From IMG/VR virus record IMGVR_UViG_3300042366_001473: DNA of 64,000 nucleotides. One strand, 5' to 3'. Made by a program: the position numbers and the translations under genes. This document shows, piece by piece, positions 1 through 8,960 of the stretch (within the stretch, counting starts at the first letter, position 1; the number at the start of each line of letters is the position of its first letter). This DNA comes from an uncultured virus (IMG/VR IMGVR_UViG_3300042366_001473) (Duplodnaviria > Heunggongvirae > Uroviricota > Caudoviricetes). The notes under the pieces were generated by a model. It was not told where the DNA came from, searched no databases, and saw only the letters and a program-made list of their open reading frames with translations.

Positions 1-1366
1 TGAATGTGTTGGCTGTGGTTTGATTTAATGGGCCGCCAGAGGCATTTAGAATAATTGAGTTGTTGGCTTGACTGACGTCACCAGCATTAGATCCAATTGC
101 TATAGAATATGTACCTTGGCTTGAGTTACCAGCAAAGTTTCCAATGGCTACTGAACTATTACCTTGTGAGGCTATTCCAGCGCCGTATCCGACTGCTACT
201 GTTCGCTCACCCTGTGCTGAATTACCAGCATACGCTCCTATGGCCACTGCATAAGGACTTTGATTGGAAAATCCAGCTCGTTGCCCCACTGCTACTGATT
301 GAATACCTTGTGTGGTTAATCCGGCGCTGTCGCCAACCGCTACAGAATAAGCACCTTGTGTGGTTTGCCCGGCTTGCTTACCAACAGCAACTGATTGAGT
401 GCCTTGTGTGGTTGAGCCAGCACCAACGCCAATGGCCACTGTAACATTGCCTTGTGCAGACAATCCAGCACTAGATCCAATGGCTACTGATTGGATACCT
501 TGGGCATCCTGGCCAGCATATAATCCAATGGCAACTGATTGAGTACCTTGAGTATTTGCGCCTGCACCGTGGCCAATGGCCACTGCGTCATCACCTTGCA
601 AAGCAACACCGCCGCCGGCATTTTGTCCAATTGCCACTGCTGTTGATCCTTGGGTGGCGCCAGCATTTTGTCCAATTGCAACACTTTGATTACCTTGATT
701 GGTCAAACCAGCACCTTGGCCAATGGCCACAGAACTTATGCCTTGACCAGTATAACCAGCATTGTTACCAATGGCCACTGCTGAGACGCTTTGTACTTCG
801 TTGCCGGCATATTGACCAATGGCCACAGCGTCAGTGCCTTGTGTGGTTTGGCCACTACTGAGTCCAATGGCCACTGATCGAGCACCTTGCAAAGTTGTTG
901 CAGTAAATGCACCAATAGCCACGCCGTACTGGCCTTGAGCATCAAATCCAGTTGAGACACCAATGGCCACAGCACTCGAGCCTTGGGTGGTGTTGGCCCC
1001 GGAATTTTGTCCAATTGCAATTGCTGCTGAATTTTGGCCTCCCGCACCGGCTGCCTCACCCAGGGCTATGGCAGCATTGGCCTGGCCGTCAAATCCAGCA
1101 TTTTGGCCCAGGGCTATGATAGTGGGTCCTGCGGCACCATCTTTGTTGCTTAACAGTGCCCAGGTTGTTGCACCACCCGGTGTGGCCACTGCTGTTAGGT
1201 CGCCTAGAGCGTTGCCCACATACACAATGCTTGTGGTTTGATCTACTACCAGTTCGCCAGGTCTAGCATTGCCGTTGTAGTTGGCCAATGTCTCTTGAGC
1301 ATTGTCCTTCATTGCGGCACGTGAAATGCCGGTGATGTTGTCGTATGGTGGAGGTGGATTGGCCAT
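1..1366 (-). CDS. YadA-head-like beta-roll adhesin/fibre protein (runs off the left edge; not in ORF track)
   Basis: ATG at 1366; my translation MANPPPPYDNITGISRAAMKDNAQETLANYNGNARPGELVV... continues without a stop into ~15-aa repeats QGxxSVAIGxxAG, typical of trimeric autotransporter head repeats. Confidence 0.8.
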   Translation of the reverse strand, partial: MANPPPPYDNITGISRAAMKDNAQETLANYNGNARPGELVVDQTTSIVYVGNALGDLTAVATPGGATTWALLSNKDGAAGPTIIALGQNAGFDGQANAAIALGEAAGAGGQNSAAIAIGQNSGANTTQGSSAVAIGVSTGFDAQGQYGVAIGAFTATTLQGARSVAIGLSSGQTTQGTDAVAIGQYAGNEVQSVSAVAIGNNAGYTGQGISSVAIGQGAGLTNQGNQSVAIGQNAGATQGSTAVAIGQNAGGGVALQGDDAVAIGHGAGANTQGTQSVAIGLYAGQDAQGIQSVAIGSSAGLSAQGNVTVAIGVGAGSTTQGTQSVAVGKQAGQTTQGAYSVAVGDSAGLTTQGIQSVAVGQRAGFSNQSPYAVAIGAYAGNSAQGERTVAVGYGAGIASQGNSSVAIGNFAGNSSQGTYSIAIGSNAGDVSQANNSIILNASGGPLNQTTANTF

Positions 1367-1367
1367 G

Positions 1368-1976
1368 TTATGCTATTTGGTAAGTACCCGAGATATCAAA
1401 GTGTGCGCCTGATTGCCAGGCGCCTGTGGCTGGAGTGTTGAATTTCCAAACTAGATCAGTGGTGCTGCCAGAATAGTATAGTTTCATAACTGTGGTGCTG
1501 TCAACGACGTCTGTGATTCCAGCAATATGATACAGGGCAGGAGAACCAGCACCGGCTGTTTGATGCAGACTGCCGCCGGCCAGTCTAAATGTGTTTATTG
1601 CGGGTGTGGGCAGTGTAATCTGATATCCTGTGCTGCCAAAGTTGGTAACCCCTGTAAAATCCACATACACATGTATATACATCAGCGGACCCATACGCAC
1701 ATAGGATGCAGTGGCAGTGCCGCCAGCAAATGTGCCTGATCCGTCAGTGAACTGCGGGTTGAATGTTGTGGTGCTGGTAACACCAGATCCGTATGCAACC
1801 AAATTTAGATTTCCATTGACGTTGCCTACATAGATATCTTGTGTGAGTTGATTGACTACTAATTCGCTGGGGCGAGCAACACCGTTGTAATCGCCAATGG
1901 TTTCTTGTGCGTTGTCTTTCATTACAGCACGGCTTATGCCTGTGATGTTGTCGTATGGTGGAGGTGGATTGGCCAT
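1368..1976 (-). CDS. Virion fibre/adaptor protein sharing its N-terminal module with the 1..1366 gene
   Basis: N-terminus MANPPPPYDNITGISRAVMKDNAQET; beta-rich C-terminus ending FDISGTYQIA resembles fibre tip domains; GCTAAATA late motif at 1999-2006. Confidence 0.6.
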   Translation of the reverse strand: MANPPPPYDNITGISRAVMKDNAQETIGDYNGVARPSELVVNQLTQDIYVGNVNGNLNLVAYGSGVTSTTTFNPQFTDGSGTFAGGTATASYVRMGPLMYIHVYVDFTGVTNFGSTGYQITLPTPAINTFRLAGGSLHQTAGAGSPALYHIAGITDVVDSTTVMKLYYSGSTTDLVWKFNTPATGAWQSGAHFDISGTYQIA

Positions 1977-2018
1977 TTGCTAAATTTCTATGTTGGAATA
2001 TTTAGCAAAAAAAAACAA

Positions 2019-2405
2019 TCAGCGTGGGTAGCCTTTGAAGGCATTGACTGGGCTCTGAGTTGTTACAAACTTGGGTTCGTTGCTTTCAGGTGTGCTGACC
2101 AAGCGTTTGCCACCTGGAGTATCAGTCATTGCCAGCGCGGCGTCAATGATCTGTTCAATACCAGAATTCATTCCTGATATCACAGCATGCTCACCAAATG
2201 CTGTTTCTGCTGACCATTCAGGCATGTGTGGATTCACATTGTCTTTGCGGTATTCACTACGGGCACGGGCCAGCGCAACACCCATGCGATAAGATTTGTA
2301 TGGATCAGCTGCACTAAGTCCCGGCAGCGTATAAGTGTATTGCATAGGCTCTGCTGTTTCGGGAGGAAGCTCTTTCTGCTCGCGAATAAATTCTCTAGCT
2401 CTCAT
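2019..2405 (-). CDS. Putative internal head protein (paralog of 2402..2773)
   Basis: MRAREFIRE N-terminus resembles the T4 capsid-targeting sequence; C-terminus SPVNAFKGYPR. Confidence 0.55.
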   Translation of the reverse strand: MRAREFIREQKELPPETAEPMQYTYTLPGLSAADPYKSYRMGVALARARSEYRKDNVNPHMPEWSAETAFGEHAVISGMNSGIEQIIDAALAMTDTPGGKRLVSTPESNEPKFVTTQSPVNAFKGYPR

Positions 2406-2773
2406 CGAGGATATCCCTTGAAAGCTTTAACTGGACTGGTGACATGTACTGCAGGGTGTTCTTCGGAGTCAAGATCTCCTTTGTTGATATCTTGATACAC
2501 AGCGCCTGCTGCTTTGTAGGCCTGTTTCAACATGTCTTGTTCAACTTGTGTATAAGGAAAAGCTGCACGTTTTTTACCTATCCAGCTTTTTTCATCCATG
2601 TCTATGACATCATCAGAACCATCAGCCATGGCCACAGCCATCATCACACGATTGAGAGTATAATCACTGTTGGTTCGTTCAGCATCACCAAAGGTGTTTA
2701 GACCCACAGTAGCAGCTTGTCTACGTGTGCCTATTTTGCCGTCACGCTCAGTGATGAACTCCTGTGCTCGCAT
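2402..2773 (-). CDS. Putative internal head protein (paralog of 2019..2405)
   Basis: MRAQEFITE N-terminus; C-terminus SPVKAFKGYPR; ATGA overlap with the next gene. Confidence 0.55.
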   Translation of the reverse strand: MRAQEFITERDGKIGTRRQAATVGLNTFGDAERTNSDYTLNRVMMAVAMADGSDDVIDMDEKSWIGKKRAAFPYTQVEQDMLKQAYKAAGAVYQDINKGDLDSEEHPAVHVTSPVKAFKGYPR

Positions 2774-3102
2774 CAGCCGTTGCCTACACCGTTTTCGCCA
2801 GCGGCAGCAGAACTTGCTGTGCCTAATTCTTGTACAGTGAAATTAGAGCCTGTAATGGTCAACTGATTGCCCACACCCACATAGATGTCTTGACGACTGC
2901 TGGCTGGCACACTGACTGCATTGCTGTAGATATTGCCCACAGCGGATCCAGCATTGGCAGTGACGCCTGTGCCTGGATTTACATAGGTCAACTGAACTGC
3001 ATTGACCTGAAAAGTCACAGCAGTGTTGCCAGTGCTGATCCTGGCTTTGTCGGTGAACCAGGCCTGTGCCGATGCACTGGTATAAACGTTTGCTTGTGGC
3101 AT
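2773..3102 (-). CDS. Small beta-rich hypothetical virion protein
   Basis: 109 aa ORF, stop/start-coupled on both sides. Confidence 0.6.
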   Translation of the reverse strand: MPQANVYTSASAQAWFTDKARISTGNTAVTFQVNAVQLTYVNPGTGVTANAGSAVGNIYSNAVSVPASSRQDIYVGVGNQLTITGSNFTVQELGTASSAAAGENGVGNG

Positions 3103-3269
3103 TACTTGTTGCTTTCAGGCGGAATAGCGATCACTGGCTGAAACAAACGACGTGTTTGATCCAGTACACCAGGAATATCCACAGGCTGTTGTTTGTAGCC
3201 ATTGCTGGCAGGACTGTGTGGATTCATCACCGGTGGGTTTGTTAAATTTTCGTTGATTGGTTTGTACAT
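3102..3269 (-). CDS. 55-aa hypothetical protein (below ORF-track cutoff)
   Basis: ATG at 3269, MYKPINENLTNPPVMNPHSPASNGYKQQPVDIPGVLDQTRRLFQPVIAIPPESNK*, TAATG overlap at 3102; fills the operon gap. Confidence 0.65.
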   Translation of the reverse strand: MYKPINENLTNPPVMNPHSPASNGYKQQPVDIPGVLDQTRRLFQPVIAIPPESNK

Positions 3270-3273
3270 GATA

Positions 3274-5124
3274 TTATCCTTTGTATGCTCGCCACTGGTT
3301 GGTCAAATCAAAGATACTTTCTTTGACTTTTTCCAGGTCACCGTCACCGTCTAGGTCAGCTTCTTTTTTGCCAGCAGCACGAGCCTTGGCTAGATTGCCA
3401 GTGAACTTGTTGCCTTCGTCAGTTTTTTCTTCGTCAACTTCTTTTTTCTTGACGCCAGCCATTTCCATCATGCGTTTGATAGCATCTTCTTCTGCTTCAG
3501 CATAGCTGTGTTGGCGATCGTCTTGGCTAGCAATAACTGGCACAGTGGTTTGCCCTGTTGACTTGGGCTTGTTGATGCCACCGCTGTACTGAAATGGATC
3601 TGCACTGGTTTCTGTTTCTGTGGGATAGTCAGGTGCGTTTTCTGTGGCATCAGTGTCGCCATAAGCTTCGTCCATGCCTTGTTGAGCACAGTCACAGCCA
3701 GGTTGACCGCAACCACATGACGATTCACCGCTGCCTACACCGGCCATTTTCAGTATGGATGCCAATTTGACTGCATCTTCATCTGTGGCATTGACTGTGA
3801 GGTTTTTACCTGGACCACCATTCATTGTGTCATTGTTCATGCTCATGGTCACGCTCATTGACTCTGCGATCATTTCTTCAATTTCGCGATTGATGCTGTC
3901 GTAGATGCCTTTGCCGTAGCTGAAGCCGCTGCTGGCTGTGGGTGTGTCAGTGCCACCAGCTTCTTGTGTTTTTTCTTTTTTCTTCTTGGGAGCATCGTCG
4001 GACTTTTTCTTTTCAGGCAGGCCTTTGTGCTTGGTAGCTGCAAAGTCTTCTGCGTCTTTCTTGCCCATGCCTTTGGCTACTTTGGCAACTTCTTTGCTGG
4101 CAGGCTTTTCACCTTTTTGTGCAGCATGAACCATGCCCATAAAACGTTGTTGCTTCTTGCTCACAGCTTTTTCGTCCACTTGTTCAGCAGCCTTTTCTAC
4201 TGTGTAGCCAGCTTTCTTCAACATGGCCATGGCTTGTTTGATTTCATCGCTTTCGTTTTCGCCTTCGTTGGTCTTGCGGCCGCCTTTGTGCTTGGTAGCG
4301 CCGCCGGTCACACGCTCGGGTGCCTTGGCAGGACCTTTTGGACGACCACGACCACGCTTTTCACCGTCTGCTGGTTTGTCGTCATCAGCACCAACACTGA
4401 TACCAGCAGGATCAACTCGTCGAGTTACCTTGCGACCTGTAGCTGTGTGCTCAATATCGTGTTTGTGACCGCGTTCAACGCTGCCAACTCTTGGGGTGTC
4501 GGTACGTGGCTTCTTGTAGTTTGTGAACGGATTGAGATCTTCTTCTTCACTGGCAACAACTTGTTTCTTGCCACCCAGTGCGTTCTTCATGGCTTCTGCT
4601 GCTACATCACCCAGCATCTCGTCGACTTCTTTTTTGGCTCCAGCAATCTTGTCGGCAAAAGTGATTTTGTCCTTGGGCTCAGCTAATGCAGCAAAGCTCT
4701 TGGCCTTGGCTGGGCTCATTTTTTCTTTGATCTGTTTGGGATTTGGTTCTGCGCCGGGCTTCATGCCAGTTTGTGGTACGCCCATTTTCTTTTGTAGATC
4801 GCGAATCATGTCAGCATCGTCGCCGTGGCCTAGTGTGTTTAATGCACGACCGCCTAACTTTTTGGCAGCACTGCCTACTTGCTTGACCACATCGCCAAAG
4901 CCTTCTTCTACACTCTCGTCGTACTTGTTGTACTTGTCACGAATTGGATCCAGTGCCTTGCCTTCACGTCCAGCCTTGGCCAAGGCTTCCATGCCTTGTT
5001 TGCCGTACTTTTCGTAGCCTTTGGCAGCACGGCTCATGTCACGCTCATTGAGTTGTCCGTGTGTGGTGCTGGGCAGTTCACGAATGGCGTTTAGTTTGTT
5101 GTTTAGATCGTAAAAGAAACTCAT
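3274..5124 (-). CDS. Large charged internal head protein with AT-hook and DUF3008-like segment
   Basis: KRGRGRPKG AT-hook; KAVSKKQQRFMGMVHAAQKG...FAATKHKGLPEKK DUF3008-like; DLDGDGDLE motif; many hydrophobic-x-E sites. Confidence 0.6.
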   Translation of the reverse strand: MSFFYDLNNKLNAIRELPSTTHGQLNERDMSRAAKGYEKYGKQGMEALAKAGREGKALDPIRDKYNKYDESVEEGFGDVVKQVGSAAKKLGGRALNTLGHGDDADMIRDLQKKMGVPQTGMKPGAEPNPKQIKEKMSPAKAKSFAALAEPKDKITFADKIAGAKKEVDEMLGDVAAEAMKNALGGKKQVVASEEEDLNPFTNYKKPRTDTPRVGSVERGHKHDIEHTATGRKVTRRVDPAGISVGADDDKPADGEKRGRGRPKGPAKAPERVTGGATKHKGGRKTNEGENESDEIKQAMAMLKKAGYTVEKAAEQVDEKAVSKKQQRFMGMVHAAQKGEKPASKEVAKVAKGMGKKDAEDFAATKHKGLPEKKKSDDAPKKKKEKTQEAGGTDTPTASSGFSYGKGIYDSINREIEEMIAESMSVTMSMNNDTMNGGPGKNLTVNATDEDAVKLASILKMAGVGSGESSCGCGQPGCDCAQQGMDEAYGDTDATENAPDYPTETETSADPFQYSGGINKPKSTGQTTVPVIASQDDRQHSYAEAEEDAIKRMMEMAGVKKKEVDEEKTDEGNKFTGNLAKARAAGKKEADLDGDGDLEKVKESIFDLTNQWRAYKG

Positions 5125-5128
5125 GGTA

Positions 5129-5737
5129 TTATCCTCTTGGGTTGGCGCCAGTTGCTGGCTTGGGTTGACGCTTGATGTTGGTCATTGGACTTTTGTTGCC
5201 TTGTGGCAATTCGTTGGTGGTTTTGGCAGGCGGAGTTTTTTCTCCAGCAATGCTGAAACTGCTACGATAAGCGTTTTTTAACACAGCATGATCGTAAGGA
5301 CCAGTTGCGTAATCTTTGCTCAATGCTCGTTGTTGTGCATCGGGCGCCGGGTAATCAGTGTCGTCAATCAGGTCTTTGTTTTGATCAGCGATCTTTTTGT
5401 ATTCTTCTGCCATGCCTTCGTTGTAGTCACGACTGCTCATGACCACACGGTTTGGATCAATGCCCATGAGCTGTGCCAGTTGTTTGATCTGTGGCTCAAT
5501 AGCTGGGTATCGAAAGCTCACGTCAAACATGCTCACAGGCTCGTTTTTGTAGTTGGGGAAGTCAGTGGGGATAGCTTGAACAGGTGTAGTTTTGAGATCT
5601 GTCATGCTAGCTGGATCAAATTGGTCCAGTTTTTGTTTGAGCTGTCGTACAGCACCGGCATCTACTGTACCGCAAATTTTGATGCGATAGTCGTATGTGC
5701 GTTGGCTTTCAGCTAGGTAGTTGGCGAATGTTTTCAT
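5129..5737 (-). CDS. Putative head-associated protein
   Basis: MKTFANYLAE N-terminus close to T4 internal-protein MKTYQEFIAE; AATAAATA at 5755-5762. Confidence 0.55.
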   Translation of the reverse strand: MKTFANYLAESQRTYDYRIKICGTVDAGAVRQLKQKLDQFDPASMTDLKTTPVQAIPTDFPNYKNEPVSMFDVSFRYPAIEPQIKQLAQLMGIDPNRVVMSSRDYNEGMAEEYKKIADQNKDLIDDTDYPAPDAQQRALSKDYATGPYDHAVLKNAYRSSFSIAGEKTPPAKTTNELPQGNKSPMTNIKRQPKPATGANPRG

Positions 5738-5757
5738 TTCAATATCCTATGCTATAT

Positions 5758-6264
5758 TTATTCTTTTGTGTCGTTTTGCTTGTTGCCGCCGAGGATTCGT
5801 TGCAATAAATCATTACGACTCAGTATCATTCCTGTGCCTTGCTGCACAGGGTTTTCAGGTTCTTGCTTGCTGTCTAACACTGCTTGCTGTTGATCCAGGC
5901 GCATTTTTTTCATCTGCAGGTCAATCATCTTGAGTTTTTTGTCCAGCTTGGCTGTTTTGGCTGTGATGGCGTGGCCCAGCATGTTGCTGGCAACTGAGAA
6001 TATCTCGCTGGCAAACCGACTGTCGACCTGCATACCTAGATCCATTAGATCTTTGTAGCTGTCACGAGCCATGTCGCTGAGTGTGTCCATTTCAGAATCT
6101 GTGGATTCTAGTCCGCGCACTGCTGGCAGTGCTTCGTCAATTTTGTCTATGGCTGCGTCCAGTGCTGCCAGTGTTTCTCGACTGGTAGGCAAGTCAGGTA
6201 TGGCAGTGTCTACTTCTTGTGCAGTAGGCGGCAGATCAAACAGTTCTTCAAGTTTACGAGTCAT
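5758..6264 (-). CDS. Probable terminase small subunit (gp16-like)
   Basis: Helical 168 aa protein with SRFASEIFSVASNML...KLKMIDLQ and C-terminal SRNDLL, resembling T4-like small terminases; context. Confidence 0.55.
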   Translation of the reverse strand: MTRKLEELFDLPPTAQEVDTAIPDLPTSRETLAALDAAIDKIDEALPAVRGLESTDSEMDTLSDMARDSYKDLMDLGMQVDSRFASEIFSVASNMLGHAITAKTAKLDKKLKMIDLQMKKMRLDQQQAVLDSKQEPENPVQQGTGMILSRNDLLQRILGGNKQNDTKE

Positions 6265-6279
6265 GCCATATTTATGGCG

Positions 6280-6711
6280 TTAATTGGAGCCGTTTTTAAA
6301 CATGTCGTTTTCTGTGATCACTCGGAAGTGTAGCCCTTGGCGAGCACACCACTTCTGGGCTGCTGCCCATTTGGCATAATTGATGGCTACCACAGCACGG
6401 TCACGACTGCTCATTTTTGATTCAATCACGCTTTGCTTTTTGGGCTTGATTTCAATCAGTTCAGCTCGCATGGTATTGCCGCGAGTGCGATAAGTGATTA
6501 AAAAATCTGGCACATATATGGTTTGTTTGCCGGTGAGTGGATGACGATAAGGTATTTGCACAGCTTCTGATGCCCATTGCAACACATTGTCATTGCTGTC
6601 GCAAAAACGCATAAAGCTGAGTTCCCAGCCTGATCTGTATCGCGGGGTCTTGGTGCCCACATACTTGTCGGCATTTTGCACAGTGTAGAATCCTTGTGCC
6701 CACTTGCTCAT
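6280..6711 (-). CDS. gp4: Head completion nuclease gp4 (TnsA-like PD-(D/E)xK)
   Basis: YRSGWE..FMRFCD..VLQWASE..IPY..YVPDF..IEIKP..N.AKW.AA..F.VITE. Confidence 0.92.
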   Translation of the reverse strand: MSKWAQGFYTVQNADKYVGTKTPRYRSGWELSFMRFCDSNDNVLQWASEAVQIPYRHPLTGKQTIYVPDFLITYRTRGNTMRAELIEIKPKKQSVIESKMSSRDRAVVAINYAKWAAAQKWCARQGLHFRVITENDMFKNGSN

Positions 6712-7073
6712 TGAATTACGTTTCTTGCAGCATAAGCGTTGGGTACCACAGAAACCCCCACGCCCAATAGTGTGGCACGACTGCGAATCTGATTGAGATA
6801 ATAGGCCAACGAGACATTGAGATTGACTCCATTTATGCCCTGGAATTCTTGCAACAATGTCAGTGGAGGAATCTTGGTTTCTTCTGCTATTCTAAACAAC
6901 GACACTGTGAAGTTGCCAGCGGCCTGGCGATTATTCATGGTCTTCAAGAAGTAACTGTGAACAATATCGTATTCGGCCGCAGGAATGTTTACATCAAAGC
7001 TGTAGAACTGATCAAAAACTCTGACAGTTTGATCAATGTTGAAGTTGGTGTTGTTGACTGAACCTGTGGTCAT
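6708..7073 (-). CDS. Hypothetical protein
   Basis: 121 aa ORF with ATGA overlaps on both sides. Confidence 0.7.
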   Translation of the reverse strand: MTTGSVNNTNFNIDQTVRVFDQFYSFDVNIPAAEYDIVHSYFLKTMNNRQAAGNFTVSLFRIAEETKIPPLTLLQEFQGINGVNLNVSLAYYLNQIRSRATLLGVGVSVVPNAYAARNVIQ

Positions 7074-8239
7074 GGCGGGGGTCCTGGGGTTGGGCCTGTG
7101 GTGGGGCCTGGAGCAGCACGTTGCGGTGTTGGAATAAACACTCCAGTTGGTCTATTTAATATGGGTCTGATTGCTCCAGGCAAAGATTTAGAGATTTCGT
7201 TGATGCCCAAAGTTGTTGCTTCGCTTTTGGCAATGGCCGAAAGATTTTTGTTCTTGAATGTTTCACGTGTGAGCAGTGCTTTTTGTGTGGCACCAATCAA
7301 ACCGCCGACTGTGCCGCTTTGTAGGTCGCCCAAGATACCGTCGGCTGCGTCCAACAAACCGCCTTGGCCAAATATTGTGCTGTTGGCTCCGGGTCTGGCA
7401 ATTGGACTCAGTGTGGTATCGTAGTGTTCTGGACCACCAAAGCCTTGTATGTTTTGATCAGAGCGGCCGCCTCGACTCATAGCACCTTCGTAGTACTTCA
7501 CAGTTTCGTATTCCAAGGTCATGCTGTGTTGCATGGTGCCGTTGCCTTGACTGTAATCATAGGTGTCGTGATTCCAGCTCTTGATAATGGGGTTGATCAA
7601 AATGTACTCAGCAAACTTGCGCTGGTCCATTCCGTAAATTCTGATGTCTTTGAAAAATGCTGGTTTTCCGTTCACAGCTGATGTGCCGTTGGTCCAGCTT
7701 TCTCCTGAGTATCCCCAGGTTGGTACCTGTAGCGTGTCATTGTAGATGTCGCTGCGCGGATATCCAAATCCTGTACTTCTGTTTTGACTGGCGCCTGCAC
7801 TGCCGTTGGTGACGTTGGGTGCCAGGTACTGTTGAGCAGGATCATTGTAGTAGTAACTGAAGTAGTAGTACCACAGTCGTCGTGCATTGTCACCACCGTC
7901 GTCATGAAACGTCAAGTTGATAGGTTGGTATTCAAGTTTGGTCTGTACAAGTCGTTTTCGATTGTACTGATTCATTGTTTGTGTTTGAATGTTGTATCGT
8001 GGAAGATCTGCTGTTTTGACCAACAGACTCAGTTCAGTCACATCGCTGCTGCCAAACACACCACGTAGATAAGGAATCTCTCCAGTGTTGATAGAGAAGC
8101 TGACGTGAAAAAGAAACTTGAACCGAGGTTTGAGTTCGTATGCGTTGGTGGTAAAAGTACGACTTGCGTGACTGTAATCACGCAAGCCTTGCCCTGACCC
8201 AATAAACCCCTTAAGGAAGTTTTGGCCAAAATCTGCCAT
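7070..8239 (-). CDS. Tail-tube-like baseplate protein (gp54/gp48-like)
   Basis: VKTADLP...NQYNRKRLVQTKLEYQPINLTFHDD...MTLEYE tube fold; adjacent to tube gene. Confidence 0.7.
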   Translation of the reverse strand: MADFGQNFLKGFIGSGQGLRDYSHASRTFTTNAYELKPRFKFLFHVSFSINTGEIPYLRGVFGSSDVTELSLLVKTADLPRYNIQTQTMNQYNRKRLVQTKLEYQPINLTFHDDGGDNARRLWYYYFSYYYNDPAQQYLAPNVTNGSAGASQNRSTGFGYPRSDIYNDTLQVPTWGYSGESWTNGTSAVNGKPAFFKDIRIYGMDQRKFAEYILINPIIKSWNHDTYDYSQGNGTMQHSMTLEYETVKYYEGAMSRGGRSDQNIQGFGGPEHYDTTLSPIARPGANSTIFGQGGLLDAADGILGDLQSGTVGGLIGATQKALLTRETFKNKNLSAIAKSEATTLGINEISKSLPGAIRPILNRPTGVFIPTPQRAAPGPTTGPTPGPPP

Positions 8240-8252
8240 GAGCTAGTCTGCC

Positions 8253-8903
8253 TTATTGGCCTTGACCAGCACCAGTCACCGCGCCGGCAATGGTTTGTCC
8301 AAGTACAGTTCCAATGCCAATACCGCCTTGAGCCACGTCGCCAGCAACCTGGTTGGCGTTGTCATAAGCAATGGTCAAACTCACTGTAACAGGAGCACTT
8401 TCGCCGTAGTTGAGAGAACCGTAATCTGCTCCTTTGAGGTAGCAACCATACAATGCCCATGTTTCTAGAACCACTGGAGCAACAGCACCGTTGCCGCCGT
8501 CCAACACTTCAACTCGTGTGGTGAACTTGTAATCAACACCACTGGATGCTGAAGCCATTTCCAGGAAGTCCATTTGTTTCTGCATTTGCTCGCCTACCAG
8601 TCGGCTGACCTGACCTGATGCATCGTCGCGAATTTCTGTGGTGACGTCTGCCCAGGTGTGCTTGCCGGCCAACTTCAGTGTTGAGTTGTAGATCGGTAGA
8701 GTAATTTCTTCAAACGTCAAGTTGGGACGGGTGAAGCTCATGACCTGTTTGGTCATTTCTGTTGTGGGTTTTGACACACCAAAGTTTTCAAAGAACACGC
8801 GAAAGCGATACTTGAGTTTTGGCATCAACAGGCCTTGGGCACCGCCGCCAGCGGCGTCTGCTCCAACGGGTACTGTCATTTTGTTTAGTGATGCACTTGC
8901 CAT
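8253..8903 (-). CDS. gp19: Tail tube protein gp19
   Basis: PKLKYRFRV...LAGKHTWADVTTEIRDD...LETWALYGCYL...LTIAYD; directly after sheath. Confidence 0.88.
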   Translation of the reverse strand: MASASLNKMTVPVGADAAGGGAQGLLMPKLKYRFRVFFENFGVSKPTTEMTKQVMSFTRPNLTFEEITLPIYNSTLKLAGKHTWADVTTEIRDDASGQVSRLVGEQMQKQMDFLEMASASSGVDYKFTTRVEVLDGGNGAVAPVVLETWALYGCYLKGADYGSLNYGESAPVTVSLTIAYDNANQVAGDVAQGGIGIGTVLGQTIAGAVTGAGQGQ

Positions 8904-8921
8904 AAATTTCTCCTATATGTT

Positions 8922-8929
8922 TATTTACC
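8922..8929 (-). promoter_or_regulatory. T4-type late promoter (GGTAAATA) for tail tube gene
   Basis: TAAATA core immediately after the sheath terminator, followed by AGGAG RBS. Confidence 0.7.
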
Positions 8930-8930
8930 T

Positions 8931-8960
8931 AAAAAGAGAGTCCTTGCGGACCCCCTTTTT
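8931..8960 (-). terminator. Rho-independent terminator after sheath gene
   Basis: - strand GGGGGTCC-GCAA-GGACTCTC-TTTTT (GNRA loop). Confidence 0.85.

Noticed and set aside
60..1120. ~45-nt periodic CCAATGGCCAC motif resembling a CRISPR-like array
   Set aside because: Repeats are short, degenerate at wobble positions and in frame with the VAIG protein repeat; no cas genes
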